Positions 9,892-20,215 of a stretch of DNA of 64,000 bases are shown piece by piece. The notes under the pieces are model-generated. The model saw only the letters and a program-made list of their open reading frames with translations. It searched no databases and had not been told where the DNA came from. How positions within the stretch are numbered: the first letter of the stretch is position 1; each line of letters begins with the position of its first letter. Position numbers and translations under genes: made by a program. The stretch is from an uncultured Bacilli bacterium (GTDB taxonomy: Bacteria; Bacillota_I; Bacilli_A; RF39; UBA660): assembly GCA_934086185.1 (NCBI GenBank), contig CAKOHW010000003.1, positions 69,155 through 133,154 of the forward strand, read 5' to 3'.

Positions 9892-11601
9892 GTGAAAAAG
9901 ATAGTTCCTATAATTATAATAGTTATATGTTTATTTATATCTGTTACAGGTATAGTTACATTTTTTATTGTTAATAATGGGTCTTTTTTAACTAGTTTTA
10001 AAATTACTAGAGTTAATAATATAGGATTAGATTATTATGTATATTTTCAAAATGTTAAAGCTGCTACTAGTTATGATGTTATTGTTTATGATTCTGAGAA
10101 CTTAATTGTACATAGAGAAAATATAAAAAATAATAGTTTGACAATTAATTTTGATAACTTAAAATATAATGAAACATATAAGATTGTTGTTGTTGCTTAT
10201 GATAAGAATGGTAATAAAAAGAGCGTCAAAGAACCTTATACTTTTATGTGGGAAGATTTATCTTTAGCAAGTACTAATACTGTTTTAATGGATAATGAGA
10301 ATGATTATATAGTAGAGTTTATAGGTAATTATAAGAAAAAAAAGTATTATTTAAATATTAAAGAAGATAATGATGTAATTAAGAGTGTTAGAATAAATGG
10401 AGAGTCTTATGTAATTAAGAATGATTTATTTAAAGATAGAAAAACTAAGTATCTTTTAGAAATTGTTGAAGATAATACGGTTATTTCTAGTATGTATGTT
10501 TATAATTTGATGAGTCCTATTACAGATATTAGTATTATTAATCCTGGTAATGGTGATATGAAAGATTATGATGATGTTCCTTTAAGTTTTGAAGGTGGAG
10601 ATAATGCTACCAATTATATTTTTGAGTTATATCAAAATAATAAATTAATTAGAAGAAAAGAAATAAAAAATAAAAATATAATATTATCTAATAATTTATT
10701 TAATAAGGCTTCTACTTATGTTGCTAAAATAACTGCAAGTTATGCAGATTATATAGATTATTCTAAAGTGGCAAGTGTAGAGTTTACTATTAATGCTAAA
10801 GAAAGTTTAAAACCGGTTTATACTAATTATAATTATAGTTTAATTAAGAGTGGTACTGAAATAGAGTTATTAAATGATGACAAGGATGCAATTATTTATT
10901 ATACTACTGATGGTAGTGAACCTAATCAAGATAGTTTAGTTTATAAAGATAAGATAGTAATTAATAATAATATGACTATTAAGGCTATTGCTAAAAAAGA
11001 TAAGATGAATGATTCTATTATAAGTAGTTTTGATTTTAAGGTAGGTAGTAAGAGTAATTATAAAGTATATTTAAGTGCTTCTAATCAAAATGCTAATTTA
11101 GGTGTTAGTGAAGTAGGTTATACTAACGAAAAGAAAGAAATGAATGATGTTGCAAATTATATACAAAAACGTTTAGAAAGTTATGGTGTTAAAGTATATA
11201 GAAATGAGTATGGTGATTTAAATAGATGGGTTGCTGATAGTACTTATTTGGGTGTTGATTTGCATATTGCAATCCATTCAAATGCAAGTGAAGAACATTT
11301 GTCTTATGGAATAGAAACTTGGGTAAATGAACCTGATAGTAAAACTTATTCTTTGGCCAGTAAAATACAAAATAATTTAATGAGTATTTATTATAAAAAT
11401 GAAGATAGTTTAGCAAATAGGGGAGTAAAATATGCTTATGGTTCTTTAGGAGAAGTTAATCCTAATTATGTTCCGTTTGGAATATTGGTAGAAGTTGCTC
11501 ATCATGATTATAAAGATGATGCTAAATGGATTGTTGATAACAAAGAAAAAATTGGTAATAATATAGCAGATTCTATATTGGAATATTTTCAAATTAAATA
11601 A
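9892..11601 (+). CDS. Cell-wall amidase-like protein: TM anchor, FN3/chitobiase-C-like domains, C-terminal Amidase_3-like domain
   Basis: GTG start after a GGAG RBS. Central YYTTDGSEPNQDS motif is typical of the chitobiase/hexosaminidase C-domain. The C-terminus has VDLHIAIHSNAS ... GIETWV ... ILVEVAHHD, an Amidase_3-like metal-site pattern. Confidence 0.5.
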   Translation: MKKIVPIIIIVICLFISVTGIVTFFIVNNGSFLTSFKITRVNNIGLDYYVYFQNVKAATSYDVIVYDSENLIVHRENIKNNSLTINFDNLKYNETYKIVVVAYDKNGNKKSVKEPYTFMWEDLSLASTNTVLMDNENDYIVEFIGNYKKKKYYLNIKEDNDVIKSVRINGESYVIKNDLFKDRKTKYLLEIVEDNTVISSMYVYNLMSPITDISIINPGNGDMKDYDDVPLSFEGGDNATNYIFELYQNNKLIRRKEIKNKNIILSNNLFNKASTYVAKITASYADYIDYSKVASVEFTINAKESLKPVYTNYNYSLIKSGTEIELLNDDKDAIIYYTTDGSEPNQDSLVYKDKIVINNNMTIKAIAKKDKMNDSIISSFDFKVGSKSNYKVYLSASNQNANLGVSEVGYTNEKKEMNDVANYIQKRLESYGVKVYRNEYGDLNRWVADSTYLGVDLHIAIHSNASEEHLSYGIETWVNEPDSKTYSLASKIQNNLMSIYYKNEDSLANRGVKYAYGSLGEVNPNYVPFGILVEVAHHDYKDDAKWIVDNKEKIGNNIADSILEYFQIK

Positions 11602-11825
11602 AGTTTTGTAACGTTTTGTCGAATTGCTTTAATTAATATAATTTAAGTGATAATATTTTTGTGAGAGAAGGGATATTATCAGAGTAGATTTTATTATAGA
11701 TCAAGTTATAAAAGAAATTGATATTGCTAATATGAAATTTTGTAAAAATAGAACGTAATCATACCTTAGTGGTATGGTTTTTTTGTTATTTATGTAATAT
11801 AATAATTAGTAATGGAGGGATTATT

Positions 11826-13223
11826 ATGAGAATATATAATACGTTAACAAGAAAAGTAGAAGAATTTAAAAGTATAAAACCAAATTATGTAGGATTTTAT
11901 ACATGTGGTCCCACTGTTTACCATTATGCACATATAGGTAATATGAGAAATTATATAGGACATGATGTTTTAGAAAAAACTTTAGAATATTTAGGTTATG
12001 AAGTAAAAAGAGTTATGAATATAACAGATGTAGGTCATTTGAGTAGTGATAGTGATTCTGGTGAAGATAAAATGGTTAAAAGTGCAAAGGCACAACATAA
12101 ATCTGTTATGGATATTGCTAAATTTTATACGGATGCTTTCTTTAAAGATTTTAAGAAACTTAATTGTGATATGCCAGATGTAGTTGAACCAGCGACTAAT
12201 CTTATAGATTATTATATAAAAATTATTGAAGTTTTAATAGAAAAAGGTTATGCATATAAGTCTGGTGGAAATGTTTATTTTGATATAAGTAAGTTAAATG
12301 ATTATTATAAATTAACTAATCATAAATTTGATGAAATGGTAGTAGGTGCTCGTGAAGAAGTACTTTATGATGATAATAAACATAATCAAGGTGATTTTGC
12401 ATTATGGTTTACTAAGAGTAAATTTGATAGTCAAGAACTTAAATGGGATAGTCCATTTGGTGTTGGATATCCTGGTTGGCATATTGAATGTACTGGGATA
12501 TCTTTGAAACATTTAGGTGAATATTTAGATATTCATGGTGGCGGAGTAGATAATATTTTTCCACATCATACAAATGAAATTGCACAAAGTGAAGCATATA
12601 TTGGGCATAAATGGTGTAATTATTGGTTTCATAATGAACATTTAAATGATGAAAGTGGAAAAATGAGTAAAAGTAAAGGTGCTGTTTTAAGTGTTTCAGT
12701 ATTAGAGGAAAAAGGTTATAATCCTTTGAGTTTTAGATATTTATGTTTAAATAGTCATTATAGAAAGCAATTGGTATTTAGTTTTGATAATTTAGATATT
12801 GCATCAAATGCTTATAAAAAATTATTGAATAAAATTAATAATATACCTAAAGAAGGAAATATAGATAATGAATTATTCGATAAATATAATAAACAATTTA
12901 TTGATTATATAAGTGATGATTTAAATACTGCTAATGCAATTTCGTTATTATACGATGTAATAAAAAATGATGAATTAAATGGTAATACTAAGTTAGAATT
13001 AATTAAGAGTTTTGATAAAGTATTTAGTTTAGATTTAATAAATGATAATAATGAATCAGTTGATAGCAGACACGATTATATAATGTCTAAAATAGAAGAA
13101 AGAAAAGAAGCTAAGAAAAATAAAAATTTTGAATTAGCTGATAAAATAAGAGACGATTTATCTAAAGAAGGTATTATTTTGATTGATACTAGAGAAGGTA
13201 CTACATATAAAATAGAAAAATAA
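11826..13223 (+). CDS. cysS: Cysteine--tRNA ligase
   Basis: HIGH motif (GPTVYHYAHIGNMRNY) and KMSKS motif (GKMSKSKGA). Start taken at ATG 11826 with RBS GGAGGG (track ORF begins 11769). Confidence 0.9.
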   Translation: MRIYNTLTRKVEEFKSIKPNYVGFYTCGPTVYHYAHIGNMRNYIGHDVLEKTLEYLGYEVKRVMNITDVGHLSSDSDSGEDKMVKSAKAQHKSVMDIAKFYTDAFFKDFKKLNCDMPDVVEPATNLIDYYIKIIEVLIEKGYAYKSGGNVYFDISKLNDYYKLTNHKFDEMVVGAREEVLYDDNKHNQGDFALWFTKSKFDSQELKWDSPFGVGYPGWHIECTGISLKHLGEYLDIHGGGVDNIFPHHTNEIAQSEAYIGHKWCNYWFHNEHLNDESGKMSKSKGAVLSVSVLEEKGYNPLSFRYLCLNSHYRKQLVFSFDNLDIASNAYKKLLNKINNIPKEGNIDNELFDKYNKQFIDYISDDLNTANAISLLYDVIKNDELNGNTKLELIKSFDKVFSLDLINDNNESVDSRHDYIMSKIEERKEAKKNKNFELADKIRDDLSKEGIILIDTREGTTYKIEK

Positions 13224-13381
13224 ATATGTGTTATAAATTATATTATTAATATGATAAAACCTATTTTTTTGATAATGGGTTTTTGTATGTTATAAAAATT
13301 AGTTAATATAAAAACTATACTATTTAATTGATGTGTAATATAGCATTATTTTAATGGTTGTAATGTTAAAGAAGTTTTTTA

Positions 13382-13519
13382 ATGGTACACTGTTTAAGCT
13401 TAGAAAATTTTGATGGTACTATATTATTTGTAAGCCATGATAGATATTTTATGAATAAAATTGCAACTAAATATTTGAAATTTGAAAACAAAGAGTTAGT
13501 TTCTATAGTAAAAAAATAA
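13382..13519 (+). pseudogene. Relic of an ABC-F family ATPase gene (C-terminal fragment only)
   Basis: The 46-codon ORF encodes LENFDGTILFVSHDRYFMNKIATKYLKFEN, the conserved D-loop/H-loop end of ABC-F (EttA/Uup-like) domains. No upstream coding sequence remains. Confidence 0.55.
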
Positions 13520-13568
13520 AGATATATGATATTATAAATATGTAAGATAGTATGATGGGAGTGGTTGT

Positions 13569-14939
13569 ATGGTAGATGTTGCTATAATTGGTGCTGGGCC
13601 TGCTGGATTATTTGCTGCATATGAATTAATTACCAATAATAAGAATTTAAAAGTTGTTTTAGTAGATAGAGGTAAGAAAGCTTTAAAAAGAAGTTGTCCA
13701 ATGGCTAAAGATGGTAAATGTGTTAATTGTAGAATGTGTAATATTTTGAATGGTTATGGAGGTGCTGGTACTTTTTCTGATGGTAAATTAAATTTTATTC
13801 CTAAATTAGGTAAATCTGATTTATTTAAATATATGAGTGAAAGTGAAGCATATAAATTGATAGATGATACTGAAGAGATATTTACAAAATTTGGTATGGA
13901 TAGTGATGTTTATCCTAGTAATATGGATGAAGCATTAAAGTTAAAAAAACAAGTAACTATAAATGGTGGAAGATTGCTTTTGATAAAACAAAAGCATTTA
14001 GGTTCTGATAAATTACCTAAATATATTGAGGATTTTTCAAATTATCTAGAAGAAAAAGGCGTAGAATTAAAAGAAAATTTTGATGTACTTGATATAGTTA
14101 AAGAAAAAGATAGTTATAAGTTAGTTAGTAAAAAGGAAGAAATAATAGCAAAAAAAGTTATAGTTGCTCCAGGTAGAACTGGTGCTAAGTGGATACAAGA
14201 AATTGCGGATAAATATAAAATTCCTTATTTATCTCAAAGTATAGAAATTGGTGTAAGAGTTGAAGTTAGAAAAGATATATTGGAAGATTTTTGTAATATT
14301 ATATATGATCCTACTATATTTATTAAAACTGATACTCATAATGATGAAATAAGAACTTTTTGTACTAATCCTGGAGGTTTTGTTACTAAAGAAAATTATT
14401 ATGGTTATATATGTGTTAATGGACATTCATTAAAAGAAATTAAATCTAATAATAGTAATTTTGCTTTTATTTCTAAAGTGACTTTAACTGAACCAGTTAC
14501 AAATACGCGTGAATATGGTGAATCTATTGCAAGAATTGCAAATGTATTGGGAGATGGAAAACCTATAATTCAACGTTTAAAAGATTTAAGAAAAGGTCGT
14601 AGAAGTACTTGGAGTAAAATAGATAAGGGGTATACAGAACCAACTTTAAAAGATTGTGTAGCTGGCGATTTATCTTTAGTATTGCCTCATAGAATAGTTA
14701 CAAATATATTAGAAGGATTAGAAAAGTTGGATAAAATAATACCAGGTGTTAACAATGATGATACATTATTATATGGACCAGAAATTAAATTTTTTAGCAA
14801 TGAAATAGAAACGAATAATAAATTTAAATTAGAAAATGAAGATATATATTTTATAGGTGATGGTTCTGGTAAGGCTGGAAATATAGTGACTGCTGCTGCT
14901 ACAGGATTAGTTGCTGCAAGAGATATATTAAAAAAATAA
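13569..14939 (+). CDS. FAD-dependent oxidoreductase (COG2509-like uncharacterised FAD dehydrogenase)
   Basis: N-terminal dinucleotide-binding motif VAIIGAGPAGLFAAYEL. RBS GGGAGTGG. Confidence 0.6.
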   Translation: MVDVAIIGAGPAGLFAAYELITNNKNLKVVLVDRGKKALKRSCPMAKDGKCVNCRMCNILNGYGGAGTFSDGKLNFIPKLGKSDLFKYMSESEAYKLIDDTEEIFTKFGMDSDVYPSNMDEALKLKKQVTINGGRLLLIKQKHLGSDKLPKYIEDFSNYLEEKGVELKENFDVLDIVKEKDSYKLVSKKEEIIAKKVIVAPGRTGAKWIQEIADKYKIPYLSQSIEIGVRVEVRKDILEDFCNIIYDPTIFIKTDTHNDEIRTFCTNPGGFVTKENYYGYICVNGHSLKEIKSNNSNFAFISKVTLTEPVTNTREYGESIARIANVLGDGKPIIQRLKDLRKGRRSTWSKIDKGYTEPTLKDCVAGDLSLVLPHRIVTNILEGLEKLDKIIPGVNNDDTLLYGPEIKFFSNEIETNNKFKLENEDIYFIGDGSGKAGNIVTAAATGLVAARDILKK

Positions 14940-15000
14940 AAAATGATTGGTTATTTTTAAATATTTTGTTATAATTTTTATTGTAGGAGAATAAAAAATT

Positions 15001-15429
15001 ATGAATAGAAGTTTATGCTTGATTGGGATTTTATTAATCATACTATCATTTATTTTGCAGCCAACATTTATAAAAGCAGATAGTGGTTTTGACTCAAGTT
15101 GGGATAGTGAAAGTAGTAGTTATGATAGTGGTGGTTGGGATATTGACTTTGATTCTAGTGATGAAAGTAGTTCATTTGCGGAAAAATTAGAGATGATGCT
15201 TTATGTAGTACCAATATTTATAACAACATGTTCCATATATTATGCTTTAACTTGTTATATTGCAAAAGGTAAATTATTTAATTTTTTAGCAATTGCTTTT
15301 TCTGGAATTATAACTCTTGTTGAAATGTATCTTGTATATAAAGGTGAATATCTTATTGTATCAATAGTATGCTTATTATTAATTTTAATGGCATGTATTT
15401 GCTATGAATATTCTAAAAAAAATAAATGA
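15001..15429 (+). CDS. Paralog 1 of a membrane-protein cluster: signal/TM, acidic D/S/W repeat, two TM helices (N-terminal module only)
   Basis: N-terminus (ILLIILSFILQPTFIKADSGFDSSWDSESSSYDSGGWD) is nearly identical to the start of the next gene. RBS GGAG. Confidence 0.5.
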   Translation: MNRSLCLIGILLIILSFILQPTFIKADSGFDSSWDSESSSYDSGGWDIDFDSSDESSSFAEKLEMMLYVVPIFITTCSIYYALTCYIAKGKLFNFLAIAFSGIITLVEMYLVYKGEYLIVSIVCLLLILMACICYEYSKKNK

Positions 15430-15449
15430 AAAGAAAAAAGGAGTAAAAA

Positions 15450-16307
15450 ATGAAAAATAAAGTATTATATGTATGTTTAATTTTGTTATTAGGATTAGTT
15501 TTTGTGTATAGACCAGCAATGATAAAAGCTGATAGTGGCTTTGATTCAAGTTGGGATAGTGGGGGTAGTAGTTGGGATTCTGGCTCAAGCTGGGATTCAG
15601 GTTCCAGTTGGGATAGTGGAAGTAGTAGTTCTTCTGGAAGTGGAGATCTTTCAATCGGAGGATTTATCGTTGTTGTAATAATAGTAGTTGTTATAATTGT
15701 TTTGAGTAATAATAAAAATATTGGTAATAGTAGAACTACTTATAGTTCAAGCTACTACGCTAAACCTTTAAGTGATGATGAAATTTTGAAAGTTGATTCA
15801 AGTTTTGATAAAGTTAAATTTAATACTGAGGCATTTAATTTATATAAAGAATTACAAACTGCATGGATGAATTTTGATTATGATACTATTAGAGAATTAG
15901 TAAGTGATGAAATGTATAATATGTATAGTATGCAGTTAGATACTTTAAAAGTTAAAGGTCAAAGAAATATAATGGAAAATATTTCTTATATTACTAATAT
16001 AGTAACCGATATTAATATAGAAAATAATATAGAAACCGTAAAAACTGTAATGACAGTTGAATGTTATGATTATTTAGTAGACAGTAGTAATAAAGTAGTT
16101 AGAGGAAATAAAAATAGAAAAATGCATTATGTTTATGAATTAACATTTACAAAAGATATTAGTGGAAAACATATTGATAAATGTCCAAATTGTGGTGCTA
16201 AGATTGATATAAATTCTGGTGGAAAATGTGAGTACTGTAATTCTGTAATAGTTAATAGTGAAGCAAAATGGACTTTAGTTAAAAAAGAAATGAAACAACA
16301 AAGATAG
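15450..16307 (+). CDS. Paralog 2: signal/TM, SSWDSG tandem repeats, TM, Tim44-like domain, C-terminal zinc ribbon
   Basis: ADSGFDSSWDSGGSSWDSGSSWDSGSSWDSGSS repeats are followed by a hydrophobic stretch, a Tim44-like region and CPNCGAKIDINSGGKCEYCNS. RBS AAAGGAG. Confidence 0.55.
   Translation: MKNKVLYVCLILLLGLVFVYRPAMIKADSGFDSSWDSGGSSWDSGSSWDSGSSWDSGSSSSSGSGDLSIGGFIVVVIIVVVIIVLSNNKNIGNSRTTYSSSYYAKPLSDDEILKVDSSFDKVKFNTEAFNLYKELQTAWMNFDYDTIRELVSDEMYNMYSMQLDTLKVKGQRNIMENISYITNIVTDINIENNIETVKTVMTVECYDYLVDSSNKVVRGNKNRKMHYVYELTFTKDISGKHIDKCPNCGAKIDINSGGKCEYCNSVIVNSEAKWTLVKKEMKQQR
15554..15640 (+). repeat. Imperfect 18-nt tandem repeats encoding (G/S)SSWDS units
   Basis: agttgggatagtggg / agttgggattctggc / agctgggattcaggt / agttgggatagtgga. 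A related shorter copy lies in the preceding gene (15090-15170). Confidence 0.6.
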
Positions 16308-16318
16308 GAGTTAATGTT

Positions 16319-16855
16319 ATGGATGAATTATTAAAATATGATAAAGAATTTTCTGATAGTAAATTTAAAACAAAAGTTGATAATGTATTTGTAATGTTAC
16401 ATATGTCATATATGACTAAAAATTTAGATCGTGTTAAACATTTTTTGAGTGATGATGTATATAAAAAATATAAAGATAAATTAAATGAGCTTAATGATAT
16501 GCATGTTATTCAAATGTATGATGAATTAAATGTTAAATCTACTGAAATTATTGATGTTAATGTAATGGAAGATAAATTTGTTATTAAAGTTATGTTAATA
16601 TCTAGATATATGGATTATTTAATAAATGATACAACTAGAGAATTTGTAAGTGGTAATAATTCCAGTAGAGTAGAAAGAACTAATTATTTAACTTTTGAAA
16701 AAATTAGAGATTATAAAGAGCAAGGTTATGCACGTAAATGTCCAGGATGTGGCGCTAATATTGATGTAAATAATAGTGGTAAATGTACTTATTGTGGTGC
16801 AATATATAATAATCAAGATTATGACTGGATATTAGTTGATATTGAAACTATGTAA
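16319..16855 (+). CDS. Paralog 3: Tim44-like domain plus C-terminal zinc ribbon, no N-terminal membrane module
   Basis: Domain order matches the C-terminal half of the 15450 gene. Zinc ribbon is CPGCGANIDVNNSGKCTYCGA. Confidence 0.55.
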   Translation: MDELLKYDKEFSDSKFKTKVDNVFVMLHMSYMTKNLDRVKHFLSDDVYKKYKDKLNELNDMHVIQMYDELNVKSTEIIDVNVMEDKFVIKVMLISRYMDYLINDTTREFVSGNNSSRVERTNYLTFEKIRDYKEQGYARKCPGCGANIDVNNSGKCTYCGAIYNNQDYDWILVDIETM

Positions 16856-16859
16856 TAAT

Positions 16860-16885
16860 AAAAGACCGATAAATTCGGTCTTTTA
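16860..16885. terminator. Bidirectional rho-independent terminator between the 16319 gene and uvrB
   Basis: AAAGACCGA TAAAT TCGGTCTTT with flanking A/T runs on both strands. Confidence 0.7.
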
Positions 16886-18829
16886 TTCACTTTTTAATTC
16901 AAATAATATATCTCTTAATTCCATTGCTTTTTCGAAGTCCATATTTTTAGCTGCTTCTTTCATTTCATTTTCAATTCTTATAAGCATGTCATTTTTTTCT
17001 TTTTTACTTAGTTTTGGTTTTTCTATTTTTTCTTCGACTTCATTACTTACTACTTCTTTTATAGATTTTATTATTGTTTTTGGAACTATGTTATGTTTAA
17101 TATTATATTCATTTTGTATTTGTCGTCTACGTTCAGTTTCTTTTATACTTTTTTCCATTGCTTCACTTATTTTATCTGCATACATGATTACATGTCCATT
17201 TTCATTTCTAGCACAACGTCCTATGGTTTGAATTAAAGATCGTTCGCTTCTTAAGAAACCTTGTTTGTCGGCATCCATTATTGCTATTAAACTTACTTCT
17301 GGTATATCTATACCTTCACGTAATAGATTAATTCCAACTATAACGTCATAAGTTCCTAATCTTAGTTCACGTATAATTTTCATTCTTTCTAGTGTTTTTA
17401 CTTCACTGTGTAAGTATGCTACTTTTATTCCTATATTTTTTAAGTAGTTTGTTAATTCTTCTGCCATTCTTATTGTAAGTGTTGTAATTAAAACTCTTTC
17501 ATTTTTTTCTTTTCTAATATTTATTTCATTTATTAAATCGTCAATTTGACCTTCAGTTTTTTTAACTGTGATTGTTGGATCTAATAATCCAGTAGGTCTA
17601 ATGATTTGTTCTGTAAATTTGTTATTAGTTAATTCTAGTTCATAATCACCAGGTGTAGCTGAAACATATATAGCTTGATTTATTTTTTTAGTAAATTCAT
17701 CAAATTTTAATGGTCTATTGTCAAGAGCACTTGGTAGTCTAAATCCATAATCTACAAGTGTTTGCTTTCTCATTCTATCTCCATTATACATACCTCTTAC
17801 TTGTGGTATAGTTACATGAGATTCATCAATAACTAATAAAAAATCTTTTGGGAAAAAATCTATTAAACAGTTTGGAGTTTCTCCTTCTTCTCTTAAAGAT
17901 AGATGTCTTGAGTAATTTTCAACTCCATGACAAAAACCTGTTTCTTTTAACATTTCAATATCATATAGAGTTCTTTCTCTTAAACGTTGTTCTTCTATTA
18001 ATTTGTTATTTTCTTTTAAATATTTTAGTCTTTCGTCTAATTCATTTTGTATTCTTTCTATTGCTGTATTTAGTTTATCTTCACTTGTTACGAAATGGCT
18101 TGCTGGAAATATAGTTATACTTTTTTTATTTTGTTTTATTACGCCTGTTAATATATCAAATTCACTTATTCTATCTATTTCGTCTCCAAATAATTCTATT
18201 CTTATTCCGTTTTTCTTTTCTGCAATTGGAATAATATCTATTGTGTCACCATTTACTCTAAATGTTCCTCTATGAAAATCTAGTTGATTTCTTTCGTATG
18301 TCATATCAATTAATTTTTTTAAAATATCATCTCTTTTTATTATGTCTCCGATGTTTAAAATTAACATTTTTTCTTTATAGTCTTCGACATCTCCTATACC
18401 ATATATACAAGATACACTTGCTACTACAATAGTATCTCTATTTTTTAAGAGTGATGCCGTGGCACTATGTCTTAATTCATCAATTTCATCATTTATGCTA
18501 GCATCTTTTTCTATATAAGTGTCACTAGATGGTACATAGGCTTCTGGTTGATAGTAATCATAATATGATACAAAGTATTCAACATGATTATTTGGAAATA
18601 ATTCTTTAAATTCACTATATAATTGTCCTGCTAATGTTTTATTGTGTGCTAATATTAAAGTTGGTTTATTAACATTTTTTATTACATTTGCAATTGTGAA
18701 TGTTTTTCCTGTACCGGTTGCTCCTAATAATACTTGATGTTTTTTATTATTGTTTATTCCGTTAGTTAATTCTTTTATAGCATTTGGTTGATCTCCTGAT
18801 GGAGAATAGTTAGAAACTAATTCGAACAT
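16883..18829 (-). CDS. uvrB: Excinuclease ABC subunit B
   Basis: 648 aa with helicase motifs ([12 protein letters not shown]), a C-terminal UVR domain and the N-terminal [18 protein letters not shown] signature. No uvrA adjacent. Confidence 0.9.
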   Translation of the reverse strand: MFELVSNYSPSGDQPNAIKELTNGINNNKKHQVLLGATGTGKTFTIANVIKNVNKPTLILAHNKTLAGQLYSEFKELFPNNHVEYFVSYYDYYQPEAYVPSSDTYIEKDASINDEIDELRHSATASLLKNRDTIVVASVSCIYGIGDVEDYKEKMLILNIGDIIKRDDILKKLIDMTYERNQLDFHRGTFRVNGDTIDIIPIAEKKNGIRIELFGDEIDRISEFDILTGVIKQNKKSITIFPASHFVTSEDKLNTAIERIQNELDERLKYLKENNKLIEEQRLRERTLYDIEMLKETGFCHGVENYSRHLSLREEGETPNCLIDFFPKDFLLVIDESHVTIPQVRGMYNGDRMRKQTLVDYGFRLPSALDNRPLKFDEFTKKINQAIYVSATPGDYELELTNNKFTEQIIRPTGLLDPTITVKKTEGQIDDLINEINIRKEKNERVLITTLTIRMAEELTNYLKNIGIKVAYLHSEVKTLERMKIIRELRLGTYDVIVGINLLREGIDIPEVSLIAIMDADKQGFLRSERSLIQTIGRCARNENGHVIMYADKISEAMEKSIKETERRRQIQNEYNIKHNIVPKTIIKSIKEVVSNEVEEKIEKPKLSKKEKNDMLIRIENEMKEAAKNMDFEKAMELRDILFELKSE

Positions 18830-19038
18830 ATTATCACTTCCTATATAAGATAGATTTTAACACTTTGTTTTAATTTATACAATTTTTTTATTATATATAT
18901 TATTATATAATTGTTTTGATTTTTATACGTTAAATGAATTTTTTTTATTTTGTTTGGGTAAAGTATTTTGTTTAAATTTGTGTTCTTGACAATAATCGTT
19001 ATTAATTATAAAATATTTATATAAGAAGGGTGACGCTT

Positions 19039-19365
19039 ATGCATAATGAGAGATTTTATTTAACTACACAAGATATTTTGGATAAAGAGTTTAAAATTGA
19101 TGCAAGAGGATATAGACCTCAAGAAGTAGATAAATTTTTAGATATGGTTATGCGTGATTATTCTGAATTTATGAATATAATAAAAAAATTAGAAAAAGAA
19201 AACAGAATATTGACAGAAGAAAATCATAAGATTAAGTCTGAATATAGAAAATTAAGAGATAATATTGAGTCAGCTAGTGAATCTGGTGTTGGTTCATCAA
19301 ATAATGTAGACCTTCTTAGAAGATTAAGTAATCTTGAAAAAATTGTTTATGGTAAGGATAATTAA
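19039..19365 (+). CDS. gpsB: Cell-cycle protein GpsB (DivIVA-domain)
   Basis: DILDKEFKIDARGYRPQEVDKFLDMVMRDYSEF plus a coiled coil. A sigma-A-like promoter lies upstream (TTGACA, 17 nt, TAAAAT). Adjacent to rnpB, as in Bacillus. Confidence 0.65.
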   Translation: MHNERFYLTTQDILDKEFKIDARGYRPQEVDKFLDMVMRDYSEFMNIIKKLEKENRILTEENHKIKSEYRKLRDNIESASESGVGSSNNVDLLRRLSNLEKIVYGKDN

Positions 19366-19712
19366 ACTTAAGGCAAACGCTGCATATATTATTATGTAGA
19401 GGAAAGTCCATGCTCGCACTATCCTGAGATGGTAGTAGTGTTCGTGCTAGAGGAATAAATAACTCTAGGTAGTATTTACTAACGGCTTCGAAATAACCTT
19501 AAATGGTTAAATTAGATATAAAAGTGCCAAAGAGACGAGTATATTTGGAAACGAATATAGTGGAACGTGGTAAACCCCGCGAGCGAGAAACCCAAAATAT
19601 GGTAGGGGAGTCTTTACGAAAGAATTGAATGGAGTAAAGGACAGTTTTATACTGTAGATAAATGTTTGCCACCTATTTTTATAGGTACAGAACATGGCTT
19701 ATTAAGTTTAAT
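19364..19712 (+). ncRNA. rnpB: RNase P RNA (bacterial type B)
   Basis: Universally conserved P4 strand GAGGAAAGTCCATGCTCGCAC; GTGCCAAAG; GGAACGTGGTAAACCCCGCGAGCGAGAAACCCAAA; 3' strand ACAGAACATGGCTTA. Collinear with B. subtilis rnpB. P1 pairs 5' AAACTTAAG with 3' CTTATTAAGTTT. Confidence 0.9.
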
Positions 19713-19742
19713 TAATTTTTTTATTAGAAGGAGTGAGAAACT

Positions 19743-20210
19743 TTGATTGAAGTTGGTGATACTTTAAGAAATTCTAGAGAAGTATCAGGGGTGACTTTAG
19801 AAGAAGTTAGTACAGATTTAGATATACCTATATTATTTTTAGAACAAATTGAAGATGGAAATATGGGTGCGTTTAAAGATGTATTTGAGTTAAAAGATTA
19901 TATAAAAAAATATGCTAAATATATTGGTTTAGATGCTGATGAACTTATAGATGTTTTTAATAGTTATATGTTTGAAAGAACTAGTAAGATACCAATGGAT
20001 AAAATAGAGGAAGCAGTTAATACTAAGAATCTTGAAGAAGAGAAAGAAGATAGAGTAGCTTCTCCATATACTAAGGCTATACCTAAAATAAAAACTACAC
20101 CTTATATAGTTGCGTTAGTTATAGCAGTTATTTTATTAGTTGGTGCTCTTATTTGGAGTATTAGACAAATTACTATTTTAAATACTACTGATTTTATATT
20201 TTTTAGATAG
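19743..20210 (+). CDS. rodZ: RodZ-like HTH (XRE-type) membrane protein, short form
   Basis: TTG start with RBS GAAGGAG. N-terminal HTH (LRNSREVSGVTLEEVS) and a single TM near the C-terminus. Lies directly upstream of pgsA-recA, as for Bacillus ymfM/rodZ. Confidence 0.5.
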   Translation: MIEVGDTLRNSREVSGVTLEEVSTDLDIPILFLEQIEDGNMGAFKDVFELKDYIKKYAKYIGLDADELIDVFNSYMFERTSKIPMDKIEEAVNTKNLEEEKEDRVASPYTKAIPKIKTTPYIVALVIAVILLVGALIWSIRQITILNTTDFIFFR

Positions 20211-20215
20211 GAGAA

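Noticed and set aside
11602-11825. Possible T-box riboswitch leader upstream of cysS (220-nt leader with AGAGA-like element and terminator-like hairpin CATACC...GGTATGG plus T-run)
   Set aside because: I could not find the conserved T-box sequence (AAUUAGGGUGGUACCGCG-like) or a clear Cys specifier/antiterminator arrangement. It is kept only as an unexplained long leader.
19507-19695. 62-aa minus-strand ORF
   Set aside because: Lies entirely inside the RNase P RNA gene; an artefact.
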